The position numbers were made by a program, and so were the translations under genes. Of a stretch of 64,000 nt of DNA, positions 56,888 to 64,000 are shown piece after piece (position 1 is the stretch's first letter; every line of letters begins with the position of its first letter). Origin of the DNA: an uncultured Elusimicrobia bacterium. GTDB taxonomy: Bacteria > Elusimicrobiota > Elusimicrobia > UBA1565 > UBA9628. The stretch spans positions 1,267 through 65,266 of the forward strand of contig CAIRTQ010000033.1 of assembly GCA_903881545.1 (NCBI GenBank), written 5' to 3'. Below the pieces are notes generated by a model. The model saw nothing but the letters and a program-made list of their open reading frames with translations. It was not told the origin of the DNA and did not search any database.

Positions 56888-59214
56888 GCGCTCCGCTGCA
56901 CCGAGTCGTAGCAAGGATGATATTCGCGGTGAAAATCCTTGCCGTTGCCCATATAATCGTTGTGTGACAGCCGAGTCCGGCAGCGGTGGTCGGTCCATAC
57001 GGCCGTATCCCGGCAGCTGGAAAAGGTATTGCCTGTCGCGCGCAGGCGCGATCTTCGTAATGCGAGTACGCCGTTCTCATTGTCGGTGAACACCGCTCCG
57101 TCCATTCGGATGCGGCAATCATCCTCGGCCATGATGGCGGTCTTGGCTTGGCGGCTGAACGATATCCCCCGTAGGCGCGCCCGCGAGGAATGGCTGCAGC
57201 GGATCGCCTCGCGGTTATCCTGCCAGGAGCCACCCATGGCCTCGATCTGCGAGGAATTCTGAGTCCATACGCCGGTGCCGTTGCCTTCGATTCGGACCCC
57301 GCAAAGGAGGGCCCGCGACCGTTGCAGAGTCTCCATGCCCACGTTGTTGCGTTCCAAGCGGCAGCCCCTGAGGCGTAGACGCGCCCGGCCCGAGGCAAAG
57401 ATTGCGGACTGGCCAGCGTGATCGAGCCAACGGCTCGAACGGCCGAGGAAGGTCGAGTGACCGAGCATCGTCGCCGCTGAGCCGCGACAGCGGGAATAGG
57501 TCCCGCAGAAGTCGGATACGACGGCGCAACCTTCAGTGAGAATGTCCGTGTTGCAATCGCAGGCCCGGCAGCGCCGCAGGCGCACGCGGGCATCGTCGTG
57601 CGCCCAGACTGCGGCCTTGCTGGATTCAGTGAAGGAGCAGTCATGCAAGACAGCGGAGGCGCCTCCTCCCCAAGCGGTGGCGCCCTGTCCGCCTTGGAAA
57701 TCACAATGGCGAAACTCGGCCCGGCAGAAGTCCACGCCCAGAGCGGCAAAGTCGGCAGCGGGATCGAAACGGGCGTGGCGGATGCTGGCCCGGGAGCGGC
57801 CGAGCAGTACGATGCCGCCCCAGGGGGCCCCAGTGAAGTGCACTTTGTGGCCCGGTTCGCCGGCGACATCCAACTCTCCATAGACCATTAGCGCGCAGCG
57901 GCCGCGGCGGGGGAGCTGAGCCCTGGTCCCAAAAGCCAACCGGTCTGCCGCCCAGCCCGCAGCGGCTGTTGTTTCCGACCGGACCAGCGTCCCCGGCAAG
58001 ATGCTCAGCCTGCATCCGGCCGCAATCACCATGGTTTCGGAAAGAGTGACCTCACCTTCCCAAACGATGTCGCGGCCGCGATGCGGAGCGGGACATCCAG
58101 CGTCCAGCCGTAGCCATGTGCCTTCAATCCGAGCCCGCAAGGCGCGGCAACGGCGCGGGAAGGCCAAGCCACATGCGCGATACGCTACAGTAAGGAATCT
58201 AAGCGTATGCCGGATGGCGGGCCGCCGCAGAGCAATCCATGCTTCTTTGGCCCGGTCGCGGATCCAGGCGGCGGTCTGGAGGGTGCGGTCGCGCAGAAAG
58301 CGATAGGCGTCGCGTAGAGCAATGCAGGCATCGAATATCCGGTCTCGGGTCCAGGCGCCGGACTGGAGACAGGCGTCCCGCAGGGACCGGTAGGCATCGC
58401 GCAGAATAATGCAGGCATCGAATATCCGGTCTCGGAGCCAAGCCCGGGTCTTCAGAAAACTGTCGCGCAGGAAACGGCAGGCATCAATGGTGCGGTCGCG
58501 AGTCCAGGCGCAGGTCTGAAGAAAACGGTCGCGCAGGAAGCGGTAGGCGTCGCGCAGGGCCAGTCCGGCGTCAATGATGCGGTCGCGGGTCCAGGCGGCG
58601 GTCTGGAGGGTGCGGTCGCGCAGGAAATGGCATGCATCAATGATGCGGTCGCGAGTCCAGGCGCAGGTCTGAAGAAAACGGTCGCGCAGAAAGCGGTAGG
58701 CGTCACGTAGTGCTAGTCCGGCGTCGATGATGCGGTCGCGGGTCCAGGCGGCGGTCTTCAGGCAGAACCCCCGGATTATTTCGGCGCATAGCAATCCAAG
58801 CACGACCGTTGAGACAATCCCTATGCCGCAGTGGCAGAGCCTACGGAATGGGCCTTGCAGGCTTATCCAGCGCCCTTGTCCACGCCGGAAGGACTCGACG
58901 CGGCCCGCGATGCATGAGCTGGGAACCGCCTTGTCCAGGATGATGGACCGATCTCCCTTCGTCCAAAAGACATGACCACCCGTACGGTCGGCCTTCCAAA
59001 CGATGCGATGCGCCACGAAATTGCGGCGCTCTATATCGACATAGACGACGATGTCTCCCAGGAGCAATTGGTTGGGAGCGATGCGGCGAAAGCGCAGGGC
59101 GTCTCCGGATCGCAATAGAAACCGCATGGAGTTTCCGGAGAACGGCATCTCTCGCTCCGCGTAGTGGCCACGCGGGTCTTGTGGCTCATCCGAATATATA
59201 GGAGCGGTGGTCAT
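56884..59214 (-). CDS. Multidomain protein: S26 signal-peptidase-like domain + TM helix + amphipathic repeat + beta-helix (NosD-like)
   Basis: GNSM...GD...AHRIV...TKGD (Ser/His type S26), a hydrophobic helix, WTRDR repeats, then beta-helix coils (NNVG, NGTG, NREA, NENG). Confidence 0.75.
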   Translation of the reverse strand: MTTAPIYSDEPQDPRGHYAEREMPFSGNSMRFLLRSGDALRFRRIAPNQLLLGDIVVYVDIERRNFVAHRIVWKADRTGGHVFWTKGDRSIILDKAVPSSCIAGRVESFRRGQGRWISLQGPFRRLCHCGIGIVSTVVLGLLCAEIIRGFCLKTAAWTRDRIIDAGLALRDAYRFLRDRFLQTCAWTRDRIIDACHFLRDRTLQTAAWTRDRIIDAGLALRDAYRFLRDRFLQTCAWTRDRTIDACRFLRDSFLKTRAWLRDRIFDACIILRDAYRSLRDACLQSGAWTRDRIFDACIALRDAYRFLRDRTLQTAAWIRDRAKEAWIALRRPAIRHTLRFLTVAYRACGLAFPRRCRALRARIEGTWLRLDAGCPAPHRGRDIVWEGEVTLSETMVIAAGCRLSILPGTLVRSETTAAAGWAADRLAFGTRAQLPRRGRCALMVYGELDVAGEPGHKVHFTGAPWGGIVLLGRSRASIRHARFDPAADFAALGVDFCRAEFRHCDFQGGQGATAWGGGASAVLHDCSFTESSKAAVWAHDDARVRLRRCRACDCNTDILTEGCAVVSDFCGTYSRCRGSAATMLGHSTFLGRSSRWLDHAGQSAIFASGRARLRLRGCRLERNNVGMETLQRSRALLCGVRIEGNGTGVWTQNSSQIEAMGGSWQDNREAIRCSHSSRARLRGISFSRQAKTAIMAEDDCRIRMDGAVFTDNENGVLALRRSRLRATGNTFSSCRDTAVWTDHRCRTRLSHNDYMGNGKDFHREYHPCYDSVQRSA
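58222..58746 (-). repeat. Intragenic tandem repeat, units of 87/66/87/66/87/87 bp plus a partial unit (29/22-aa WTRDR... units)
   Basis: The first Trp codon is at 58746 and the seventh at 58266 (480 bp apart). Units 1 and 3 are identical in amino-acid sequence (WTRDRIIDAGLALRDAYRFLRDRFLQTCA). Confidence 0.92.
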
Positions 59215-59389
59215 GGCTCAGGCCATGCCGCGTTGGGGTGAGATGGGTTCTTCCGCATCATGAGATCGAACGGGCGGCCTTGCCATGGTGGACTAATGGA
59301 CCAATAGATATCCTGCCTACCCATTGCCAGTCCGAGGGCAGTGGGTTTATGACGGAACCGAGAGTTCTAGCCCCGGGTCTCGGCCGTGC

Positions 59390-59845
59390 TTACTTGGAAG
59401 ACCCCGTCAGATTCTGCCGGAATGAGTTCTTCAGCAATCGCCAAAGCTGGCTGCAATTCACTCCGGAGGCCCGGAGCGTCCCGGCGACCTCATCGCCCGC
59501 TTTGAAATCCAGATTGGCGCGCGCCTCGGTCCCGCTCTTTCCGTTCTGGAGATCGACATGGCTTGACCGCCAATGGAGGTCGCGAATGTTGTGCCGCAAC
59601 GGCAGTAAGTTGAGGTCGTCGATTGAGAGCCAATCGCGGGCCTCGATGAGGTGGCTCGGTGAGAAGAGCCACAGGCTTTCGTGGACGCGCGCGCCGTCGC
59701 GGTTGATATACTCAGAAAAGAAAAGGTCTTCGATCGGTTCCGGGGAGATGCCTTCCGCATATTCCAGGACTTGCTGTAATCTTTGGTGCACATCCTTGGC
59801 GACGACTCCCAGCGAACGGAGATATTCCTCTGGATTGGTTTTCAT
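59390..59845 (-). CDS. Hypothetical protein
   Basis: 151-aa ORF with AAGGAG RBS, AT-rich upstream spacer and globular-looking composition; no motif recognised. Confidence 0.7.
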   Translation of the reverse strand: MKTNPEEYLRSLGVVAKDVHQRLQQVLEYAEGISPEPIEDLFFSEYINRDGARVHESLWLFSPSHLIEARDWLSIDDLNLLPLRHNIRDLHWRSSHVDLQNGKSGTEARANLDFKAGDEVAGTLRASGVNCSQLWRLLKNSFRQNLTGSSK

Positions 59846-60029
59846 GTTGAAGTCTCCTTAAATGAATTTAAATTATTATACAAATTAGCAGGATTCTGCG
59901 CCAAGCGTAGACTTGTCGCTACACGAACATCGTGGAAACGCCCAACTTGGTGGTCAATTTGAATTTCTTCAAGATTGGTTTTTTATAGATTTTCTTTGGC
60001 TCGGGTTTCTTCTTCATCTGGCGCTCCTT

Positions 60030-61217
60030 CTATCTTTGTGATAAGAAAGCGATCAGGTGGTCGTCTTTCAACTCCTGCAGCAAGGTGTCGATGTCTTTTC
60101 GTGCTTCCTCTGATTGCGCCGCGCCGGATGCTTCGACTTCTTTGATTATCTCCTCCTCGGTCTTTCCTTCCGACAAAAGCTCCCAGACCCTCGCGCCGAC
60201 GCCGTGCAACTGATAACCGAAGCCGCTCTGCAGGTTGACGGCCTTGACGTCCCCGGTCCTGCCCCACCGCCAAACGAGCCGCTTCGGAACGAACGTCAAA
60301 GGGGCGAAAGCCCGCCTTTTCCCAAACCATTCTTCCAGAGAGCCGTATATCCAGGTGAGCAATCCCATGAAGGAAAAGATCAGCCGGAAAGAATAGACGC
60401 TCAGGTTCTTGGCGCGCTCCACTTGGAAGACGCTTCTTCCAGCCAGAAGGGCATTCTTGAACGTGTCGGCCAGCATGCGCCGCCCGGACAGCGACAGACC
60501 GATTATGCCTTCGTATTTTCTTATGAGGCAGTACTGCCAATAGACATAATGGAGGAATACTTCCGGCAATTGCGCGATCTTATCGCGATGTTTGTGAAAG
60601 ACGACGGCGTTGCGCATATGCCGCAGTTGATGTCCCTTCAGATTGATGCGCCATATGAGGTCGGTGTCTTCTCCTGCGGCGAAATATTCGTCGAAAGAAC
60701 CGACCTGGCTGAATAGTTCTCGGCGGCAGGCTAGGTTGCAGGTGGCGAACAGTGGCTCGGTGAAATAGTTCTCTTCGTTGATGTCATCGTTCCCGTTGTT
60801 CTGGTTCTGGTGCTTTTGGAACCAGTAGAAGGCCTTCTCGATGGTGTTGGCAGGCCGGTAGGATCGCGTGCTTCCGCCGCAGCCGCCGACATTCGGGGTG
60901 GAGAATCCTTTGACCAAATTCTTTATCCAGTGCCTGCCTACCACGCAATCGGCATCCGTGAAGGCGATGATGTTCCCGGAGGCGATCTTCAGGCCTGCAT
61001 TCCGGGCTGCGCTGCGGCCTTTTCTGGGCTCGAATACATAGCGTACCGGGTATCTTTTTATGATTTCGGCGCTCGAATCCGTCGAGCGATTATCGATGAT
61101 GATGAATTCCAGAAGTTCCTTGGGATAATCAAGCGCCATCAAGGAATCCAGGCAGAAAGGCAGCATCTCCTCCTCATTATAAACAGGAATTAGGATGCTG
61201 ACGGTCGGCAGGGGCAT
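60030..61217 (-). CDS. GT2 glycosyltransferase fused to a C-terminal PqqD/RRE domain
   Basis: SILIPVYNEE, IDNRSTD, AARNAG, AFTDAD, GEDTDL; tail YQLHGVGARVWELLSEGKTEEEII...EARKDIDTLLQEL...LI. Confidence 0.88.
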   Translation of the reverse strand: MPLPTVSILIPVYNEEEMLPFCLDSLMALDYPKELLEFIIIDNRSTDSSAEIIKRYPVRYVFEPRKGRSAARNAGLKIASGNIIAFTDADCVVGRHWIKNLVKGFSTPNVGGCGGSTRSYRPANTIEKAFYWFQKHQNQNNGNDDINEENYFTEPLFATCNLACRRELFSQVGSFDEYFAAGEDTDLIWRINLKGHQLRHMRNAVVFHKHRDKIAQLPEVFLHYVYWQYCLIRKYEGIIGLSLSGRRMLADTFKNALLAGRSVFQVERAKNLSVYSFRLIFSFMGLLTWIYGSLEEWFGKRRAFAPLTFVPKRLVWRWGRTGDVKAVNLQSGFGYQLHGVGARVWELLSEGKTEEEIIKEVEASGAAQSEEARKDIDTLLQELKDDHLIAFLSQR

Positions 61218-61310
61218 GTCGCTTTAGGAAATTAGGCATCCCGCTCGGCTGCGCGGGCATGGTCGTCAGTCTATCTTTTTTATGGGCAAGAATCAAAAAA
61301 TGGGTGGGGG

Positions 61311-62708
61311 CTAGTGGACCGTGGGAAAGCCGATGGTGCTGCACATCAGGCTCTGCTGCAAGAGTTCATACAACGGCTTTCCCCACTTCCTGATGAAGAT
61401 GTCTCTATTCGTTTTTCTATAGTCCAGCAAGACTCCGGGCGCATATCCTTTCGAGCCGTAATGATGGATGAACACATCATTGACGCAAAAGGAGCGGAAC
61501 CCGGCGATCCTTGCCCGCAGGCAGTAATCGTAATCCTCAAAAGGTCCCCAGGCGAACTGTTCGTCCAAGAGCCCGACGGCTTTGACCACTTCCCTCTTGA
61601 TGAGAAGGCAAAAGCCCGTTAGTGCGAAGACTTCGAACCAATCGCCCAGATGCGCTAGGTGGCGCATCCGCGACCAGCGGATCATGTCTGCCAGAGTGCG
61701 ATACGGGCCGGGGGCTGTCATTTGCACCCCGTAGATGGAATTCGTGCGGGGGCCTACCAATCCGATGGCGCGGCTGCTCTGCGCGCAGGCAATCATCCGG
61801 TCAAGCCACAAGGGCGTGACCACGGTGTCGTTATTGAGCAAGAGTAGGTATTTGCCCCGGGCCTTCTTGATTCCCTGGTTGCAACCCGCGGCAAAACCGC
61901 GGTTATCCGGGTTAAGGATGACCGTGGCTCCGGGGACGGATTCCAGATACTTCGCGGTGCCGTCCGTCGAGCCATTGTCTATCAGCAGGAGCTCGTAGGG
62001 TTTATGGGTGTATTTCACGATACTCTTGATGCAGCGCTTGGAATACTGCAGGCCGTTGTGATTGAGGATTATAATGCTGGTTAAATCATTCTTGGCATGC
62101 GTTTCCGGTGTCGGCCCTATGTCTGCGAATAAGTCCGGCAACCGCTGTAGGGCGAGCCGGCCCGAAGGCTTGCTCAGCAGTGGGACGGTCTCTACGCGAA
62201 GCGTGGGGTTTTCCTGGTGCAGGAGGCCCTTGTCTTCTGCGGTCTCGGTGATGACAAGATCCGCCTGCGCGTACGCAGTCAGAAGCTGGAGGGCGAACCC
62301 CTCCTGCTGAAACAGGCGGGAGAGCGCAGCGCGGGGCAGACGGTGGTAGATGTCCAAAGTCCCGGCAAAGACCACGATCTTGCTATGAGGGGCGAGGGCC
62401 CTCACATCCCGCATCAAGGCGCTCATCTGTACGGATTCTCTGACAAAGATGGCGACGGCTGCGAAGGCATGCCGCAGAAGATTCCGGTGCAGTAGGCGTC
62501 GCATGTCGGGGCCATCAAGCAGGCGTATCCCCGCGTCGCTCAGCTGACGTCTGTATGCCGGATTATTGAAGAACGAATGCAGCGGCGAGATGAGATAGAC
62601 GTCGTAGCGACGCAGCAGCATCCTCGCTGCGGCTTCGATGTGATCGGCCGGCTCCGAGGCAAGAAGCAGTATTTTGGCTTTCGTGGCACGCCGTTTCGAT
62701 GTTTTCAT
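61311..62708 (-). CDS. GT2 glycosyltransferase with N-terminal GT-B-like half-domain
   Basis: TSIIILNHN, IDNGSTD, FAAGCNQG, LLNND, GLLDEQF...EDYDYCLR; paralog of 42333-43127. Confidence 0.88.
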   Translation of the reverse strand: MKTSKRRATKAKILLLASEPADHIEAAARMLLRRYDVYLISPLHSFFNNPAYRRQLSDAGIRLLDGPDMRRLLHRNLLRHAFAAVAIFVRESVQMSALMRDVRALAPHSKIVVFAGTLDIYHRLPRAALSRLFQQEGFALQLLTAYAQADLVITETAEDKGLLHQENPTLRVETVPLLSKPSGRLALQRLPDLFADIGPTPETHAKNDLTSIIILNHNGLQYSKRCIKSIVKYTHKPYELLLIDNGSTDGTAKYLESVPGATVILNPDNRGFAAGCNQGIKKARGKYLLLLNNDTVVTPLWLDRMIACAQSSRAIGLVGPRTNSIYGVQMTAPGPYRTLADMIRWSRMRHLAHLGDWFEVFALTGFCLLIKREVVKAVGLLDEQFAWGPFEDYDYCLRARIAGFRSFCVNDVFIHHYGSKGYAPGVLLDYRKTNRDIFIRKWGKPLYELLQQSLMCSTIGFPTVH

Positions 62709-62709
62709 T

Positions 62710-63918
62710 CTAGGCGATTTGGTCCGTCATCCGAGGCCGGACATTGCCCCGGGATAGTTCCGAGATCAGGTGTTCAACATCGGCGCGGGCGTCTTCCCGG
62801 CTGACCCCATATTCATTCTGGATCGCGTCGGCGATGGCGGCGGGGGCATCCCCGTACGCCCAGCGCTCCCAGATCCGGCCGGCGGCTCCTTCGAGATGGT
62901 AACCGTTCTTGTTCACGAGATCCAATATCAGGACATCTCCGGCGCTGTCCCAGCGCCATATCACCGGCGCCGGGGCGAAACCCAAGGGCGTCATCTTGAT
63001 CCTCTGGCCCAGGGTGCCTGCTGCCCAGCCATAAGCTGCGGTCGCCAGATGCATCGCGGTAAGCGCGGCGGTGAGAAAATCGAAGCGGCTTTGCTCAAAA
63101 CGCCCTCGCCACGCCTGCCGCACGGCGGCGCACAGCTTGGCGCCCGTCTTGCGCGCTGCGGCGCCCCAGGCGAAGGACATCCCGACCACGGGTTCGTATT
63201 TTTTGATGAGGCGAAAGTGGTCGTAGGCATATCGGACGCCTATCTCCACCAGAGCGCTCCAGGCCGCCGGCCGCTTATGGTAAACAATGGCGTCCTCGAC
63301 GTAATTGAGTTGGTGGCCTTTGAGGTTGATCCTCCAGAGCAGGTCGAGATCCTCGCTCGCGAAGAGCCTTTCGTCAAAAGGGCCGACCTCATCGAGGATG
63401 CGGCGGCGGCAGGCCATGTTGCTCGCGGCGAAGAGCGTCCCGACGAAGTAGTTCTCGAAACAGGTTTCAGCGCTCTCCGGAAAGCCCTGGTCTTCCTGTT
63501 CGAAGAATCTCTCAATCCAGGTGGTCGGTCGGAAGGATGCGTTCCTGCCGCCGCAGCCGCCTATGCCCGGCTGTCGAAAGCACGGCATGAGTCTCCGCAG
63601 CCAGTCCCTGTCGACTACGGCGTCAGCGTCGGTGAATGCGATGATTTCTCCGGTGGCCGCCTTCAGTCCGGTGTTGCGGGCGCGGGCCCGCCCCTTCCTA
63701 CCCTCGAAGACATAGCGCACGGGGAACCCCCGGATGATTCCAGCGCTGCCATCCGTCGAATTGTTGTCGATCACGATGATCTCAAGCAGCTTTTTGGGGT
63801 AATCGAGCCGCATGAGAGAGTCCAGGCATAAGGGCAGCATCGCTTCTTCATTGTGCGCCGGGACGATGACGCTTACGGAAGGCAGGGCATCGGTCATGGC
63901 ATGGGGTGGATTCGTCAC
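62710..63918 (-). CDS. GT2 glycosyltransferase fused to a C-terminal PqqD/RRE domain (paralog of 60030-61217)
   Basis: SVIVPAHNEE, AFTDAD, SEDLDL; tail YHLEGAAGRIWE...IADAIQNEYGVSREDARADVEHLISEL. An alternative ATG start lies at 63897. Confidence 0.88.
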   Translation of the reverse strand: MTNPPHAMTDALPSVSVIVPAHNEEAMLPLCLDSLMRLDYPKKLLEIIVIDNNSTDGSAGIIRGFPVRYVFEGRKGRARARNTGLKAATGEIIAFTDADAVVDRDWLRRLMPCFRQPGIGGCGGRNASFRPTTWIERFFEQEDQGFPESAETCFENYFVGTLFAASNMACRRRILDEVGPFDERLFASEDLDLLWRINLKGHQLNYVEDAIVYHKRPAAWSALVEIGVRYAYDHFRLIKKYEPVVGMSFAWGAAARKTGAKLCAAVRQAWRGRFEQSRFDFLTAALTAMHLATAAYGWAAGTLGQRIKMTPLGFAPAPVIWRWDSAGDVLILDLVNKNGYHLEGAAGRIWERWAYGDAPAAIADAIQNEYGVSREDARADVEHLISELSRGNVRPRMTDQIA

Positions 63919-64000
63919 TAGGGGTCGACCCGACGGATTTTGAATCCGCGGCTCGCCAGTTCCGGCTCCAGGACGCCGCGGTGGTCGCCCTGGAATTCCA
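63918..64000 (-). CDS. yciH: Translation initiation factor SUI1/YciH-like protein, C-terminal fragment (5'-partial)
   Basis: Manual translation gives EFQGDHRGVLEPELASRGFKIRRVDP*, matching the E-x-QGD-H-R...L...G-F C-terminus of eIF1/YciH. Confidence 0.7.
   Translation of the reverse strand, partial: EFQGDHRGVLEPELASRGFKIRRVDP

Noticed and set aside
58222-58746. Tandem repeats as a CRISPR array
   Set aside because: Units are in-frame multiples of 3 with no unique spacers, lie inside a CDS, and there are no cas genes.
439-63831. Many long antisense or alternative-frame ORFs (e.g. 439-1248, 20023-21492, 40993-41916, 56607-57881, 62770-63831)
   Set aside because: Shadow ORFs typical of high-GC DNA; they overlap motif-supported genes and have no recognisable domains.
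6975-63918. Nitrogenase-paralog, tetrapyrrole, PQQ or mycofactocin pathway assignment for the cluster
   Set aside because: No nifH/D/K-like, pqqA-C or mftA/D/E genes are recognisable in the window.

Overview
High-GC bacterial window. It opens with rplK-rplA (not followed by rplJ-rplL), a TPR protein, two GT-C-fold glycosyltransferases (one resembling eukaryotic DPY19 C-mannosyltransferases) and tRNA-Glu(CTC). From about 7 kb to about 63.9 kb, ending at a partial SUI1/YciH-like gene, there is one accessory locus with 27 radical SAM genes carrying 29 CxxxCxxC domains by my count. These comprise 12 paralogous ~300-aa rSAM-twitch proteins, 5 rSAM/SPASM proteins sharing an N-x-x-L-N-x-x-E N-terminal motif, 2 N-terminal-twitch rSAMs, 5 B12-dependent rSAMs, 2 other rSAM/SPASM proteins and one triple-rSAM fusion. 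They are interleaved with a Wzm/Wzt exporter, GT2/GT4/GT-C glycosyltransferases (including a TMTC-like enzyme and two GT2-PqqD/RRE fusions), an HprK-like kinase, an S26-peptidase/repeat/beta-helix protein, a TIR-like protein and a lipoprotein. I found no integrase, transposase, CRISPR array or convincing precursor peptide. All calls come from reading motifs by eye; no searches were run. Many start codons were moved from the ORF track to downstream ATG/GTG/TTG codons supported by an RBS or a stop/start overlap.
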